A DNA stretch of 64,000 nt from Coniocarpon cinnabarinum. Its lineage: Eukaryota. The DNA lies in contig JAVECO010000068.1 of the NCBI GenBank assembly GCA_051942205.1, positions 1 through 64,000 on the forward strand, in the 5' to 3' direction. How positions within the stretch are numbered: position 1 is the first letter of the stretch; every line of letters starts with the position of its first letter. This document shows, one piece after another, positions 39,261 through 50,762 of this stretch. Both the position numbers and the translations under genes were made by a program. Under the pieces are notes generated by a model that did no database searches, was not told the origin of the DNA, and was given only the letters and a program-made list of their open reading frames with translations.

Positions 39261-42041
39261 TCATCCTGCTTGTCCTCCAAATCCGTTCATGACGTTGCAT
39301 CTGCATTGGCATCCGGGCACTGGACAGACTTCATGCTTAGCGAACCACTGTCGAGCATGACAGACGTGCGTGGCGTGCCGGCAGGACATGCAGCTCCCAA
39401 TCGCCCTCCCCAAATACTTACTCTCCGGGGTTTCTGCGCTCGGCAGACAGGCTTGGTGCTGCGGCGTGCCGAGTCTTTGAAGGCACACAGCACAACGGGG
39501 GAACCAAGACCCACACCTTTGGCAACGAGTGCCACTACTGCCTGGATCACGGTCGGAAGTACTAGAAAGTCCATTGCTTCTCTTCGCCTCTTTCTCACGA
39601 AGTGCGATGGGCTTCCGACATTGCAAACACATCATCGCGAGACTGTGTGGCCCCTGCTCTGCTGAGGCTCTATCCAGGCTGTGTTTTGCTGGTTTGTGTC
39701 CAATAGCTTGTGCCCGCACGAGCCTGTTATGAGCGGCAGAAACCTGGGCTCGTTGTGTGAAAGCAGACCAAGCTTGCATCTGTTCAAAATACGTTGCTCT
39801 CCACAGTTCCCACGGACTCTGGTCTTGTAGGCCATGTGGAGCTACGAATGCCATTGCTAAATACGCGGTCTGAACGTCTTTGGTCTTCAGAATGTAGTTC
39901 TGAAAGAGTTCGAGCGCAGCCTCTGTGAGACCCGTGAGTATGACGCCTTCAGTGTCTCCAGCTTCCACGGCGTCTTCGACGGCATTGGTGAGAAAGCGGC
40001 CCAAGTTCTCATCGTTAGTAAATTTGAGAGCGATCGCCACACGATACTGCAGCGGTAGCTCCACCATATGTACCACTGATTCCCAGGATCCCGAGATGAA
40101 ATAAATGAGAAGCGCCTTCAGATATGGTTCTTCAGCTTCTTCAACCATCCACTCACAAAGGGCCCTTTCCGTAGCGGTGATATTGCTGCATGCTACGACT
40201 GCTGCAAGCGCGCTGTTCTCAATAGACTTGGTCCGTGTTAGGCTTTTCAACAGGTCCATTGCAATGTCTCTACGACCGTGCGCGACAGCTACCACGATGG
40301 CTTTGTAGTATTCCTTGCGACTCAGTATGTCAGAACATTCTGCTCGCAGGCGGCGTTCGTCAAACTTCCATCCACAGATAGCAAGAGCGAGTTGTCTACG
40401 CGCCGGGAAATCGGTCTCAACCCCATCAAACGTGCTGTAGCTATGCCTTGCTAGAATCTGTTTCACCAATTTGGCGTACTCCTCTTGAGACGGTGGAGGG
40501 CGCTTCAGCCGTTGTTCCCTGCCCTGGAAAGAGCCAAACCACAGATCACAAACGCCGAAGAAAGACAAGTTCGCGCCGTTCTGCACCATACCCTGATTCA
40601 CAGCCATGCGCTGAAGGCGTCGTACGACTTCCCATAGCTCCACGAGCCAAGGGTCGTCCCTGACGACGCCGATATTTGTTTCAGGATCCAGACCGTAGCC
40701 TTCAAAGCATCGTTGGGGTTGCACACTCATGTGACGCAAAACCAACGCAAGACTATTTTTGCTGGAATTACACGTTCCGTTGAGGAAATTTCGATGGCGC
40801 TCACGGCTCGAGAGATGAGCTATCTCGGCTGTGATGTGCGAACGCGGATTACCATCGCCGACCAGCGTCGATCGGGCTCCAGGGTGTGACTTCTTTGGTG
40901 AGGTAGGAGAGAGTGTAAACACTGCTGACTTAGATGCAATCAATGCACTCCCTACATGAGACAGCAATGCACTTGGCGCTTGTGACAGAGTATTCAATGC
41001 ACGTATTTGTCGTCTTTCACTTATAGTGAGAATAGAGTTCGAGTTGAGAAGAGTGCCAGCAGGAGCATGATCGAAGCCAATGATCTTATCGACTTTGTCC
41101 GTCTGTCTTTCAGTTACCTCGTGAGAACTTCGGACAAACAACCCGTCCTCTTCATGTTTACCACGTGCAACTCTACTAACATCAAAGAAGCGTATGTGTC
41201 CGCTGTCTGACAATGAGGCAAATACTCCTGCTTTGTAGCCGGTGAATCTAAGACTCCAGATGTGCGGCTGGGTGGCGGACGGAAATACGGATGGTATCTG
41301 CAATACTGGTGAATTGGTCAAGCTGTCAGATGCAGCAGTCTCAGTGGTGGAAAGTCGCCGCCTGTCCCAAATGCTGAGTGTATTTTCCAAGCCTGGCCCG
41401 GCCGATGCCCAATAATTCTCATCAGCGGTGTCGAGCGAAATGAGATGCACGTGTCTTGTATGAACGGTGGCGGTGGCAGCCGAGACTCGCTCTCGAAGAT
41501 CAAATAACTTCAAACTGTGGCCAGATCTCACAGTACCTCCGAATCCCACTACCAGCGTTTGCGGTTGATCGGTAAAAAATTTGACGTTTGTTATGACCTC
41601 CGCACCTGTAAGCCTTCTCAGTGGATCAGCGCTCTGCACAGTAATGTCATATATATTCAGTGAAGAGTCCCCCCGAATTTTGTCCAAGCCAATGGCAAGT
41701 TGGGATCCTTTGCCAAAAGCAATAGAATTACATTTGCGCTGAAGTTTAGCAGGCAATGCAAGCACCTCATTCACGGAGGAGTCTGGATTGACGCTTAGGA
41801 CTTGTCCGTGGCCAAACGACGTGCCGATGGCAACCAAAGACTCATCTTTCCGGGACCAGTCGAAAGCAGTGAAGTTAGGCAACCCCTCTCGTTCACATAA
41901 AATACGAGTGGACACTCGGCCAGCCTTCACGGTGTCAATCTCACCGAGTTGGATTGAGTTGCGGGCGACATCAACGACCAGGAAGCGGTTTGAGTTGCCT
42001 TGCCCGGAGATTGGCGCCGACCAGCGAACGGCAGCTTCCAT
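39261..42041 (-). CDS. SEA4: SEACAT/GATOR2 subunit Sea4 (MIOS ortholog)
   Basis: 926-aa ORF with N-terminal WD40 region, alpha-solenoid (RQLALAICGW, GDTEGVILTGL, DVQTA) and C-terminal Cys/His zinc ribbon-RING (PRCAVC...CRHATHVCHARQWF...CPVPGCQCRC). Confidence 0.9.
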   Translation of the reverse strand: MEAAVRWSAPISGQGNSNRFLVVDVARNSIQLGEIDTVKAGRVSTRILCEREGLPNFTAFDWSRKDESLVAIGTSFGHGQVLSVNPDSSVNEVLALPAKLQRKCNSIAFGKGSQLAIGLDKIRGDSSLNIYDITVQSADPLRRLTGAEVITNVKFFTDQPQTLVVGFGGTVRSGHSLKLFDLRERVSAATATVHTRHVHLISLDTADENYWASAGPGLENTLSIWDRRRLSTTETAASDSLTNSPVLQIPSVFPSATQPHIWSLRFTGYKAGVFASLSDSGHIRFFDVSRVARGKHEEDGLFVRSSHEVTERQTDKVDKIIGFDHAPAGTLLNSNSILTISERRQIRALNTLSQAPSALLSHVGSALIASKSAVFTLSPTSPKKSHPGARSTLVGDGNPRSHITAEIAHLSSRERHRNFLNGTCNSSKNSLALVLRHMSVQPQRCFEGYGLDPETNIGVVRDDPWLVELWEVVRRLQRMAVNQGMVQNGANLSFFGVCDLWFGSFQGREQRLKRPPPSQEEYAKLVKQILARHSYSTFDGVETDFPARRQLALAICGWKFDERRLRAECSDILSRKEYYKAIVVAVAHGRRDIAMDLLKSLTRTKSIENSALAAVVACSNITATERALCEWMVEEAEEPYLKALLIYFISGSWESVVHMVELPLQYRVAIALKFTNDENLGRFLTNAVEDAVEAGDTEGVILTGLTEAALELFQNYILKTKDVQTAYLAMAFVAPHGLQDQSPWELWRATYFEQMQAWSAFTQRAQVSAAHNRLVRAQAIGHKPAKHSLDRASAEQGPHSLAMMCLQCRKPIALREKEAKRSNGLSSTSDRDPGSSGTRCQRCGSWFPRCAVCLQRLGTPQHQACLPSAETPESKYLGRAIGSCMSCRHATHVCHARQWFAKHEVCPVPGCQCRCNVMNGFGGQAG

Positions 42042-42405
42042 CTCGTGCCATGATGTTCACGATTGAGACGTGCCGGCCGTATCGTTAACTTATGCGCAGG
42101 TATCGACCAGCCGATTGAACTGCTAGGAGATGTCAGAGGGCAACATGATGAGCGTTCGGGCAGGGTAGTAGAATTGTAGACTAAGTCGAACCGTAAGGCG
42201 GGGTGAATTGTCCATACCAAGCCCCAATCAGTTCGCAAACCCATGAGTACGACGGCGAAAGATGCTAAAAACTCATTAGACGCCGAGTTATCGTGCGGCA
42301 AGTACTTTTCCGCGAGACCCTTCTTGTAGGTATTCAAGCCATAATAGCACAACTTGCACATGCACATGGCAGTTCGGTGACCACCTTTCAGATTGTAGTA
42401 GGAAA

Positions 42406-43209
42406 ATGGAGTCATCGCAATACGCCCAACGTCTTTCGGGCTCTCACGACCACCGTCAGTCCCGTGCCCAATCCTTTCACCCGCACCCTAAACCGGCCTC
42501 GAAACCACACCCTCTTAATCCACTGAAGTCGCGCCTTCGCTCTCTCACCCGCCTTCTCGCTCATAAGTCCACGACAATGCCTGCGGACCAGCTCTTGTCA
42601 TTGGAGCGACAGGAGACGCAGCTTCGTGAGGAGATCAGCCAAATCGAAGCGAAAGAACAGCGGAGCCGCATGATTAGCAAATACCATAAAGTGCGCTTCT
42701 TCGAACGGCGGAAAGCAGAGAGAAGGCTGGGAAAAGCTCAACGGGACTTAGAGAAAAGCAGCGCGCAACAAACAGAGGCAGAAGAGGAGAAAGAAGAGGT
42801 GAGACGCAGAGGCGTGGATGTGAAATACGCCTTGTTCTTTCCGTTGGAGAGGGAATACGTAAGATTATATTCGAAGGACAAGAACGAGAACGAGGTCGTC
42901 GAAAGGGGAAGTCTATGGGACATAGTCGAGAGAGCAGACAAGGAAGATCGGCTGGAAGCTTTGAGGGAAGGACATTGGTGGCCTAGCGGACACACAAGTA
43001 ACGTTGAGCAGGAAAAGATCCGCAGACAACGTCCAGGTGACAAAAGAATCAGGAACAAAAGCCCGGGCGGGAAAGGGAGAACATTGCGACGCAAACAGCA
43101 AGAACATGACGAGAAGACAAATGGGCCGACCCACAAGCAGCCCCAAAGAGGTGAAGCCGACCTGGAAAGCAGCGACAGGGAGGGCAGCGGAACAAACTTC
43201 TTCGAGTAA
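42406..43209 (+). CDS. EFG1: rRNA-processing protein Efg1
   Basis: LKSRLRSLTRLL, MISKYHKVRFFERRKAERRL, DVKYALFFP..EYVRLY and C-terminal FFE. Confidence 0.9.
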   Translation: MESSQYAQRLSGSHDHRQSRAQSFHPHPKPASKPHPLNPLKSRLRSLTRLLAHKSTTMPADQLLSLERQETQLREEISQIEAKEQRSRMISKYHKVRFFERRKAERRLGKAQRDLEKSSAQQTEAEEEKEEVRRRGVDVKYALFFPLEREYVRLYSKDKNENEVVERGSLWDIVERADKEDRLEALREGHWWPSGHTSNVEQEKIRRQRPGDKRIRNKSPGGKGRTLRRKQQEHDEKTNGPTHKQPQRGEADLESSDREGSGTNFFE

Positions 43210-43279
43210 ATTCTCGGCTGCAGGGAAGTGCCAGATCCATTTGGGCTTCGTGAACATAACCCGTGCCAATCGCAGACCA

Positions 43280-45083
43280 TTACTGGTGCAAATCTGGACC
43301 AAGCGCATCACGCCAATAGCTACACCTTGCATTCTGATCGGCTGGCACGCTTTCCATGTATGCACCCGTATTATTGAACAGCAGACGGTTCTGTTCTTTC
43401 CCGTATGCCTCCCACACAGGTGCTCCGACAGCGGCCATGGCGTTGGGGTCATACGTCTTGATGAAGCTCGTCCAATATCCTGACACCAGCGGAATCACTG
43501 CCGCATTGACCTCGTTGAACTCCGGCGTCCAGTCATTGTCACCTGAACCCCAGTACGCGGCGTCCTGATAGGTGTGTGGCGTGCCGAGCCCAGCTGCAGC
43601 GTTGTCTGGGGAGACGACAGCGTACCTGTAATTCCAAACTGGCGCTTGACCATCTGTGGTGGGACACGATGACAACATGTCGGCAAATGCAGACGCAAGA
43701 TTGTTAGATGGGCAAATGAACGTACTCTCGCCGTACGCTGCTGAGGCGAGTGCAAAAAATTGACCGTGCATTGGAGTACTCTCACTTTCAAGGTACAGGT
43801 ACTCTTGAAAATCGATTGATCTTGCTTCATCAAAGGCGAGAAGTGGGTAGTTGTCTGCAAAGAACGCATCAATTTCATTGGAGCTTGTTGCGTTTGGCGC
43901 AAAGATCGAGCCTTCATCGTTGTCGTTGCCCAACAGCAAAGGCACATGAATGATCTGCCCACCTGAGAGCAAGGCATTCGTTCCATCTGCAATGAAGTCA
44001 CCATCGACACAAGGCCCGTAAGGAAATAACGCTGCTGGCTCAATATCTGCACTGTAATTTGCAGCCATTGTTCGGTTCGGATATGGGTAGCCAACATTTG
44101 CCTCATTCAGCGTAGCCGAGTCGAGTCCACGAAGGCAAGTCAGACTGTCTGATGCTGTGGCGCATCCTGCGGCTTTGCTGAAGGCATCGTATTGATACTG
44201 GTAATAGCTGCAAGCTGGCTGAAACGGGACGAAGAGTGAATCCGAGATGCCAGCCTGAAACAGATTGTCATTGCGCCCCGAGTAGGCTGTGAGATGGTGC
44301 ATAACGGACCCGGCGCCAGCAGAAGTACCATCCAGAGTAATGTGATTGGGATCCCCCCCCAAACTGCGCAATGTGACCTTGCACCCATTTAAAGAAAAAC
44401 CGTTGGTCCATGAGACCTGCGTTGAGTGTCCCATTGGCCGCAACTTCTTTCCCAGCCAGGAAGCCAAAAGCACCGACGCGGTAGTTGAATGTTATGACAA
44501 TGATGTCGTTGCCAGACTCCTCAATAAGGTGAGTGCCATTGTAGTTTGAGTTGTAAAGCTGAGTGTACCCTCCACCAGTGATCCATACATAAACGGGCAG
44601 CTTGGTCTTGTTCAAGTAAACAGAGCCATCTTCGGCCAATGCGAAGGCTGGAGTGTAGATGTTTGCAAACAAGCAGTCTTCAGAGTCTCCAAAGACAGAA
44701 TTGGAAGGGATATCACCAGCAAGACACAGAGGGCCATGCTAGATGGGTCATCAGCGGCGAGTCGTGCAATGAGGGCATATACCAGCAGCAACGTTTGACA
44801 CAGGAGTGTACTGTGTATTCCTCCATGTGTTATCCCAGGGCACAGTACTTACTTGAGTTGCCTCAGTGACGCCGGAAGTGCTATCTGGCGCTTGAGGCAA
44901 CGCCCAGCGCAACTCTCCGATTGGCGCTTTGGCATATCGAACGCCCAAAAACTGGGAAACACCGTTACCTAGTAAGGTGCCGGCGTACTTTGCATAGCTC
45001 AAATCGACTGCTGGGCGAGAGACTGTCTGACAAAGGGCCGAGTAGGCGGTCATTAGCAACAACAGGAATGTCCTGCACATCAT
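43280..45083 (-). CDS. Secreted type-B carboxylesterase/lipase, frameshifted as given (G8 run at 44353-44360)
   Basis: FLGVRYAKAPIGELRW, SEDCLFANI, VWITGGGY, NYRVGAFGFL and NAGLMDQ lie in one frame. GGDPNHITLDGTSAG and the rest lie in another, with the switch inside the homopolymer. Confidence 0.88.
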
Positions 45084-46479
45084 CACTATGATGGTGGATG
45101 TGTCGAATTCTTCCACGCGCTGACACACGATACAAGGAGACGTGAGTTCACGACGCTGAGCTGCCCTTAATGATGCGCGATTTGCTTCCTACAACCTCAA
45201 TGAGATTGCAAGAGCTGGCTACACTGGCGCTTCGCAGCAACATGAAGGCCTCACGACTGTGGGGCAGATTTCAAGCTCCAGCTAGTGTGTATCAACACGG
45301 GTGCTAAACACCAACACCATGCAGTACACCTGCTGATCGTGCCTGGATAATGAATCCAGCAGCATGACTAGAATTCGTATCGTGCATGGTCACACGTCAC
45401 TGTTGCTTCGAGGCTAAATACTCCTCAGCGTGTGTGGTCAAATAAGACAGGGGAATTTTCCGATCTCACATCGCACATAGCAATCATTAGCACTAATATC
45501 AGACTCGCTACTACAAACCAGCACTCTACTACTAGACGCTCAATGTGGGACGGTCTGACCATATGGCTTGAATTGAGACGCTCTGATACTGTAAGATTTG
45601 CCGCTGTGCGGCCGTGGTGGACCGAAACTCACAGAGCTCGCCCGGCGAAGTGCCTTTGGCATGCACAGAAGGGTGCAAGGACGCCCAACTCAATTATGTC
45701 GAATGCGCTCTTGACAGTTAATTGCTCAGCACTGGAAAACCATTCTTGTTCGCAGCGTCTTCGCAATCTGTGACGATGAACTGCTTGATCTGCTGCAAGC
45801 CAGTGACATCCTGTCAACAGGACTGGCCCGACATGTCAGCAGTACAACGGGGATCCTGGATAATATGGGTGATTGCTGACGTGCCGACCGGACAAATGCG
45901 TATGCGTATCCGCTAGTTCAAGCATTGTAGATATCTAGTGGGTAGATCTGCTCGTAGAGGACCGCGCGAGCCCGTGGCATGGGTCAGCAGTGCATCAACG
46001 TACTTCTCGCGCTTGTCAGCAATATCGATCATTGCGGCATGCTTGCAGAAAAACTGCGATGCCTAACTGAAGGCCTTTACTGGCGCTCGCTGCATAATTC
46101 TTAATGCACTCACGCTCTGAGTGCCATAGGAGCGCAGGCGAGAGTTTGGGAATTTGCGTAATGATGGTAATATCGCAACACGTGACACAACGATCGAGGA
46201 TTTGTCTAATTTTCAGGCACTCAACTTACTTGACACGTGCGCCGGTGCCTTGTCAATTCATCACTTCATACTACGCAGCTGCTCTAGATTGTTGACTGGA
46301 GTCATTCGAGAGCCTCGTGTCTTCAGCCATTCCCGGTCCAGCTCAGGATGCAGAGGAATAGTCTTCAATTCGAGCAACGACTGTGCGTTGTCCAGATTCA
46401 TGCGGATGATTCTTTCCGCATCTAGGCTTTTCTCTTTCATGTCATTGTACAACATTATCAACGCAATCCCCAAGCAAAC

Positions 46480-48573
46480 ATGACACCTGTGGCCTCGACG
46501 TTTATCTTCTCCTCCGCGCTCATAGCAATATGCGTCCTCACACTGCTATTGCTTCGACACTACCTCCCTCTCCGATCTACGCCCGCCTACCTACTCCTGC
46601 CCGTTTTCCTTTCACTCGCCATTCCAAGCAGCATTATACTTCTCGTTCCGATAGATCTGGCAACGAACGCCGTAGAAGATGAAGACGGCATCGCCAGGGG
46701 CATATCCCTCCCAGATGGCTTCATGCGGGCAATGTGGCGAATTGCATACTGGCTGACTTTTGTGCTCACATGGTTCATCCTCCCTTTCCTTGCCGATTTC
46801 GTCGATTCTGGCCACCGGGATCCCAATAAGCGTGTTTGGGACTCCGTCAGATCCAACCTTCGGTACCAGCTCGTTGTACTTGGCTGTGCAATAGCCGTGC
46901 TAGTCTACTACATCCTCAACAACGGCTTCCATGCGGCTACGATTAAGGGAACCGCCATCGCCTTGGCATACGCTTGGGGTCTTGTGCTTGCAATTTACTT
47001 GATGGGTCACGGGTTGGTCGCAATACCAAGAGAGCTCTTCCAAAGCGCCAGCACGAGCAGTCGGCTTCGAAGACTGCAGACTCAGGCACCTCGAGTGCAT
47101 GAGAAAATGACGGACGCAATAGACGAGCACGATACACTCGAGATTCAGGTCATGGAATTGAGCAGACGCAAGAACGGGACAGCTTTGGACTTCAGATCAT
47201 GGATTGAAGAGCTCGCAGATACCTCCGATTTGCCTGAGGCTCGTGCAGCAAGAGCACCACCCGCTCGCGTTACTAAGGCGACCGTGCCCAACGTCATCAC
47301 TGAACGCTTCCTAGCGGATCTCACGAGGAGGGTCACTCGTGCAAGGCATAAGCGCATTCGTTTCATCGAAGAGTGGGATCACCTGGTGCGAGAGGCCAAC
47401 GAGGCGCAACTTATACTGGACGCTTCGTCCTCGAAGAAGCTTGAATATGGATGCTTTGCTTCACATTCGAACTGGCATCGAGCGAAACTCTGGTCGCCAA
47501 CAATGCGATACTACATGCATGCTACGGTTTTCCCGGCGCTTCGTTTCGTCGGAAGCCTTTTCCTCGGCCTGGCTTCTGCGTGCATAATCTGGTCTGAAGT
47601 ATTCAAACGTGCTGTACCCGCCATATCCGTGGTCGGTCTCTCAGTTGTACATCACCCGAAAGCGACTGAACGAGGCAAGATCGGATTCGCTGGTCAGCTC
47701 ATGGCTGGGGCCTGGCTGTGCTACATGTGCGCCGCAGCGCTGATGTCAATCAAGGAGGTCAAGGTGTGGGGCAATCGAGCCCTGGTACGACGCCATACGT
47801 ACGCTGAAAGTGCTTGCTGGTACTCAATGCAAGTCGCAAAGCTTACTGTGCCTCTTTCCTACAATTTCATCACATTTCTCCCCAAGGACATATACACGCA
47901 AACGGCATATTACAATTTCCTGGGAAGATTAATCAACTTTACGCCTCTGGGTGAGGGTTTCTCAGCCTTTTTCCCAATCTTCATTCTTGTCCCTGTCGCT
48001 GCAACAACTTTCAACCTTTATGGCCGTATCAGAAAGATCTTTGGCTTTGGGTTCTTGGATGACGACAGTGAGGAAAACCAGTCAGGTTTCGGCACGGGAG
48101 GCTGGCGTGAGGGACGGGCTTTGATAGAGCGGGAGCGAATCGGATCGTCTGATGTTGGGCTCTCAGATCAAGGGCCCGAAAGGACACGTCAAGAGGATGG
48201 TGCTGCAACAGCCCTGGCACCGTCACGGTACACTGATAGCCCATCACATTCAGGACAGAATACGCCATCTGGCGCGCGATCACCGCGACCACGACAGCAG
48301 CCCGTCGGGCCACCGCCTCAGCACTCTCACCCCCCAGCTTCACGACAGGTCCCCGAAGACGAGGCCGAGGGCAATTTCTTCCAAGAGTTCGCTCATCGTG
48401 TGAGAAACACGTTGGACACAATCGATAAGCCAGAGCTGCCAAAGGTCAATTTCAGCAAGCCCAAGTGGCTGAACCTTGGCGATAACGGTGACAGCTCAAG
48501 TGGGAGCACGGGTCGGGCTGGCCCTCTCGATCGACTGTTTGCTGGTCGTAATGGGGGAGAGGTGCGACTGTAG
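46480..48573 (+). CDS. LMBR1-domain membrane protein (LMBRD2-like)
   Basis: 697-aa ORF with LVPIDL, WRIAYWLTFVLTWFILP, AYAWGLVLAIYLMGHGLVAIPR and KLTVPLSYNF motifs. Multi-TM. Confidence 0.92.
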   Translation: MTPVASTFIFSSALIAICVLTLLLLRHYLPLRSTPAYLLLPVFLSLAIPSSIILLVPIDLATNAVEDEDGIARGISLPDGFMRAMWRIAYWLTFVLTWFILPFLADFVDSGHRDPNKRVWDSVRSNLRYQLVVLGCAIAVLVYYILNNGFHAATIKGTAIALAYAWGLVLAIYLMGHGLVAIPRELFQSASTSSRLRRLQTQAPRVHEKMTDAIDEHDTLEIQVMELSRRKNGTALDFRSWIEELADTSDLPEARAARAPPARVTKATVPNVITERFLADLTRRVTRARHKRIRFIEEWDHLVREANEAQLILDASSSKKLEYGCFASHSNWHRAKLWSPTMRYYMHATVFPALRFVGSLFLGLASACIIWSEVFKRAVPAISVVGLSVVHHPKATERGKIGFAGQLMAGAWLCYMCAAALMSIKEVKVWGNRALVRRHTYAESACWYSMQVAKLTVPLSYNFITFLPKDIYTQTAYYNFLGRLINFTPLGEGFSAFFPIFILVPVAATTFNLYGRIRKIFGFGFLDDDSEENQSGFGTGGWREGRALIERERIGSSDVGLSDQGPERTRQEDGAATALAPSRYTDSPSHSGQNTPSGARSPRPRQQPVGPPPQHSHPPASRQVPEDEAEGNFFQEFAHRVRNTLDTIDKPELPKVNFSKPKWLNLGDNGDSSSGSTGRAGPLDRLFAGRNGGEVRL

Positions 48574-49104
48574 CTGTATTGATATCCATCCCAATCGATT
48601 AACGATGAAGCAGACCAGTGGCCCGCTTCCCGACTGCTTCGTGGCAAATGCATATGCATGTGACGTGCTCTTGACGGGTGAGTCATGGCGGGGGAGCCTT
48701 ATTGTCCTTGCCCCTTTTTCCTCCTTTCCTGTTCTTCCTCTTTCTTTCGATTCCATCTTCTCTTCCTCCACCCACGCATAAAGCGTCCTTTGGCTCATGC
48801 TCGGTTTTGCTTGACTGAAGTCTAGCTCGATTCGCCATATTCTTACTTGAATTGTCTGGGCCAGGGGGTATTCAACCTTCAGTCTGGTACCTTGGAAAAG
48901 CGCCGAAAATCATCAGGGCATCCATTTGGCAGGAAAAGACGCTAGAAATAGGTTCTGCTTCCTTTGAGTATCGTCTAGGCTCACAAGAGGATTATTGTAA
49001 AGCCTCGTCACTGTCAACTTGTGATCACCCTGCTTTCTATCTCACCTTTGCAATCTTTGCACAGCAACTTGTTCCAGCGTCAAGTTCCAGCACATTCATC
49101 GGCC

Positions 49105-50523
49105 ATGTTCACCATGCTGCTCCGAGTAGTGTCGGTAGCCTGGGGTACCTTGATTGCCCTTGTTCTCTCGGTCCAAGGTGCTCTCCAGGGGACTGTTTTC
49201 TCACCTCCACCCCAACGGTTCTTCACGCTGCTGACAAAGAAGCGAAATGAACTTTGGAACCTCTCAAGCCCACTCGTACTCACGGACGAGCATGCCGCTC
49301 ATCATGACTTCGTGCAACTCAGCACCGGGACCGTGCTCCATTATTTAACGACGCAGCCTCCACCTTTATCACCAAGCTCAACCAACAAGAAGAAACACTT
49401 GATTGTCTTCCTACACGGCTACCCGGACTCATCTCTCCTGTGGACCAAAACTATGGGTTTCCTCCTCGCTTCGAAGCCCGAGCTAGCAAGGAACAGCGTC
49501 ATTGTGGCGCTTGACCTCCCCGGTTACGGCGGTAGCGACAATCTTCCTGAGTACAACGCAAGTCAGGTGATGCCCAGCGTCGTCGAATTCATCCATATGA
49601 TGCGGCTCAAATATCTCAGCAATGGTGTGAATGGCAAGCTTATTCTTGTGAGCCACGACTGGGGTGCTGTCATTGCAGGACGACTCGCTGTCGAAGTCCC
49701 TGGAATTGCTGATCAGTTCATCTTGGTGAATGGCTTTCTCATGCCCTTCTTCCTACGTAATGTGTCCTTGCGCTTGAAGTCGGCAGCATCGCATCTTATG
49801 GCGCTTGACATTGGCGTGGCCTGGAAAAACATTGCGCCCTTGATCGGCCAAATCAACAAAAGCTTTTACATCTTTCTCTTCACATTGCCGGGCGTGCTCG
49901 GCCGCTGCCTAATCCCGTTACCATTCTCGGCCGGACAGCATAATTTCATGAGGACCGTGGCACAGCTTGCGGTGACAGGGCGTGGGGATGGGAAAATCCC
50001 CAAGCGCACGGGACTAGATCCATTCACTGCGGAAGAGAAGGTGGCGACGCATCTGGCGCGTTCACTAGGGCCTGGTGACGATGCGCTTTTGAGTGTGCTG
50101 GAGACCAACGCGCGTGAAAAGCAGGGAGGCGTCGAGTCGTATCCGAGACGCGCAATTGAACGGGTGAGAAGCAGGGATGGATGGGCCAACGCTGAAACCG
50201 AGAGTGTCAGATACTACCGTGAAGGATTGGCGAGGGGTGCGTGGACGATGACTCCTCCAATGGCGGAGTTGTACGGTGATGTGAGGCCATTTGATGAGAG
50301 TAGAGAATACGAGATACTGAAGAAGCCACTCACAATCATCTGGGGACGAAAAGACGCCGCACTGGATTGGAGAGTGATGATAGATGGCGTGGAAGAATGG
50401 AGCCGGGGCACAGTCAGGGTGAAATGGGTCGAAGATTGCGCGCACTGGGTGGCGGTCCAAGAAGGCACAACAGGAATAGCCGTGATTGTGGAAGAGATAG
50501 AGCGAGCGCTGGAATCGCAATAG
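49105..50523 (+). CDS. Epoxide hydrolase-like alpha/beta hydrolase
   Basis: FLHGYPD, ALDLPGYGGSD, VSHDWG (Asp nucleophile), IWGRKD.AL and AHWV motifs, with an N-terminal hydrophobic anchor. Confidence 0.9.
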   Translation: MFTMLLRVVSVAWGTLIALVLSVQGALQGTVFSPPPQRFFTLLTKKRNELWNLSSPLVLTDEHAAHHDFVQLSTGTVLHYLTTQPPPLSPSSTNKKKHLIVFLHGYPDSSLLWTKTMGFLLASKPELARNSVIVALDLPGYGGSDNLPEYNASQVMPSVVEFIHMMRLKYLSNGVNGKLILVSHDWGAVIAGRLAVEVPGIADQFILVNGFLMPFFLRNVSLRLKSAASHLMALDIGVAWKNIAPLIGQINKSFYIFLFTLPGVLGRCLIPLPFSAGQHNFMRTVAQLAVTGRGDGKIPKRTGLDPFTAEEKVATHLARSLGPGDDALLSVLETNAREKQGGVESYPRRAIERVRSRDGWANAETESVRYYREGLARGAWTMTPPMAELYGDVRPFDESREYEILKKPLTIIWGRKDAALDWRVMIDGVEEWSRGTVRVKWVEDCAHWVAVQEGTTGIAVIVEEIERALESQ

Positions 50524-50762
50524 ATGGACATGATCAGACACGTTTGGCTCAGTAGTTGATTTCATGATTGTTTCCATTGGAGTGAAGTCTTCTAGTTCGT
50601 CTTCATCTGAATCAAAGTACAGTCGATATCTCCCTATGTGCCCAAATGCTGCCCTCGCCAACCCTTTGCCGTCCTCCGACGCCATGCGTTTGTTTCAATG
50701 CTGTTCGAAAATAGGTGTTGTGCTGTTGTACAAAATGTGGTATAAGAGCAAGGAGTGAGGTA

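Noticed and set aside
45430..46473. Protein-looking minus-strand fragments upstream of the LMBR1 gene
   Set aside because: Short, multiply interrupted, with no recognisable domain or consistent splice structure.
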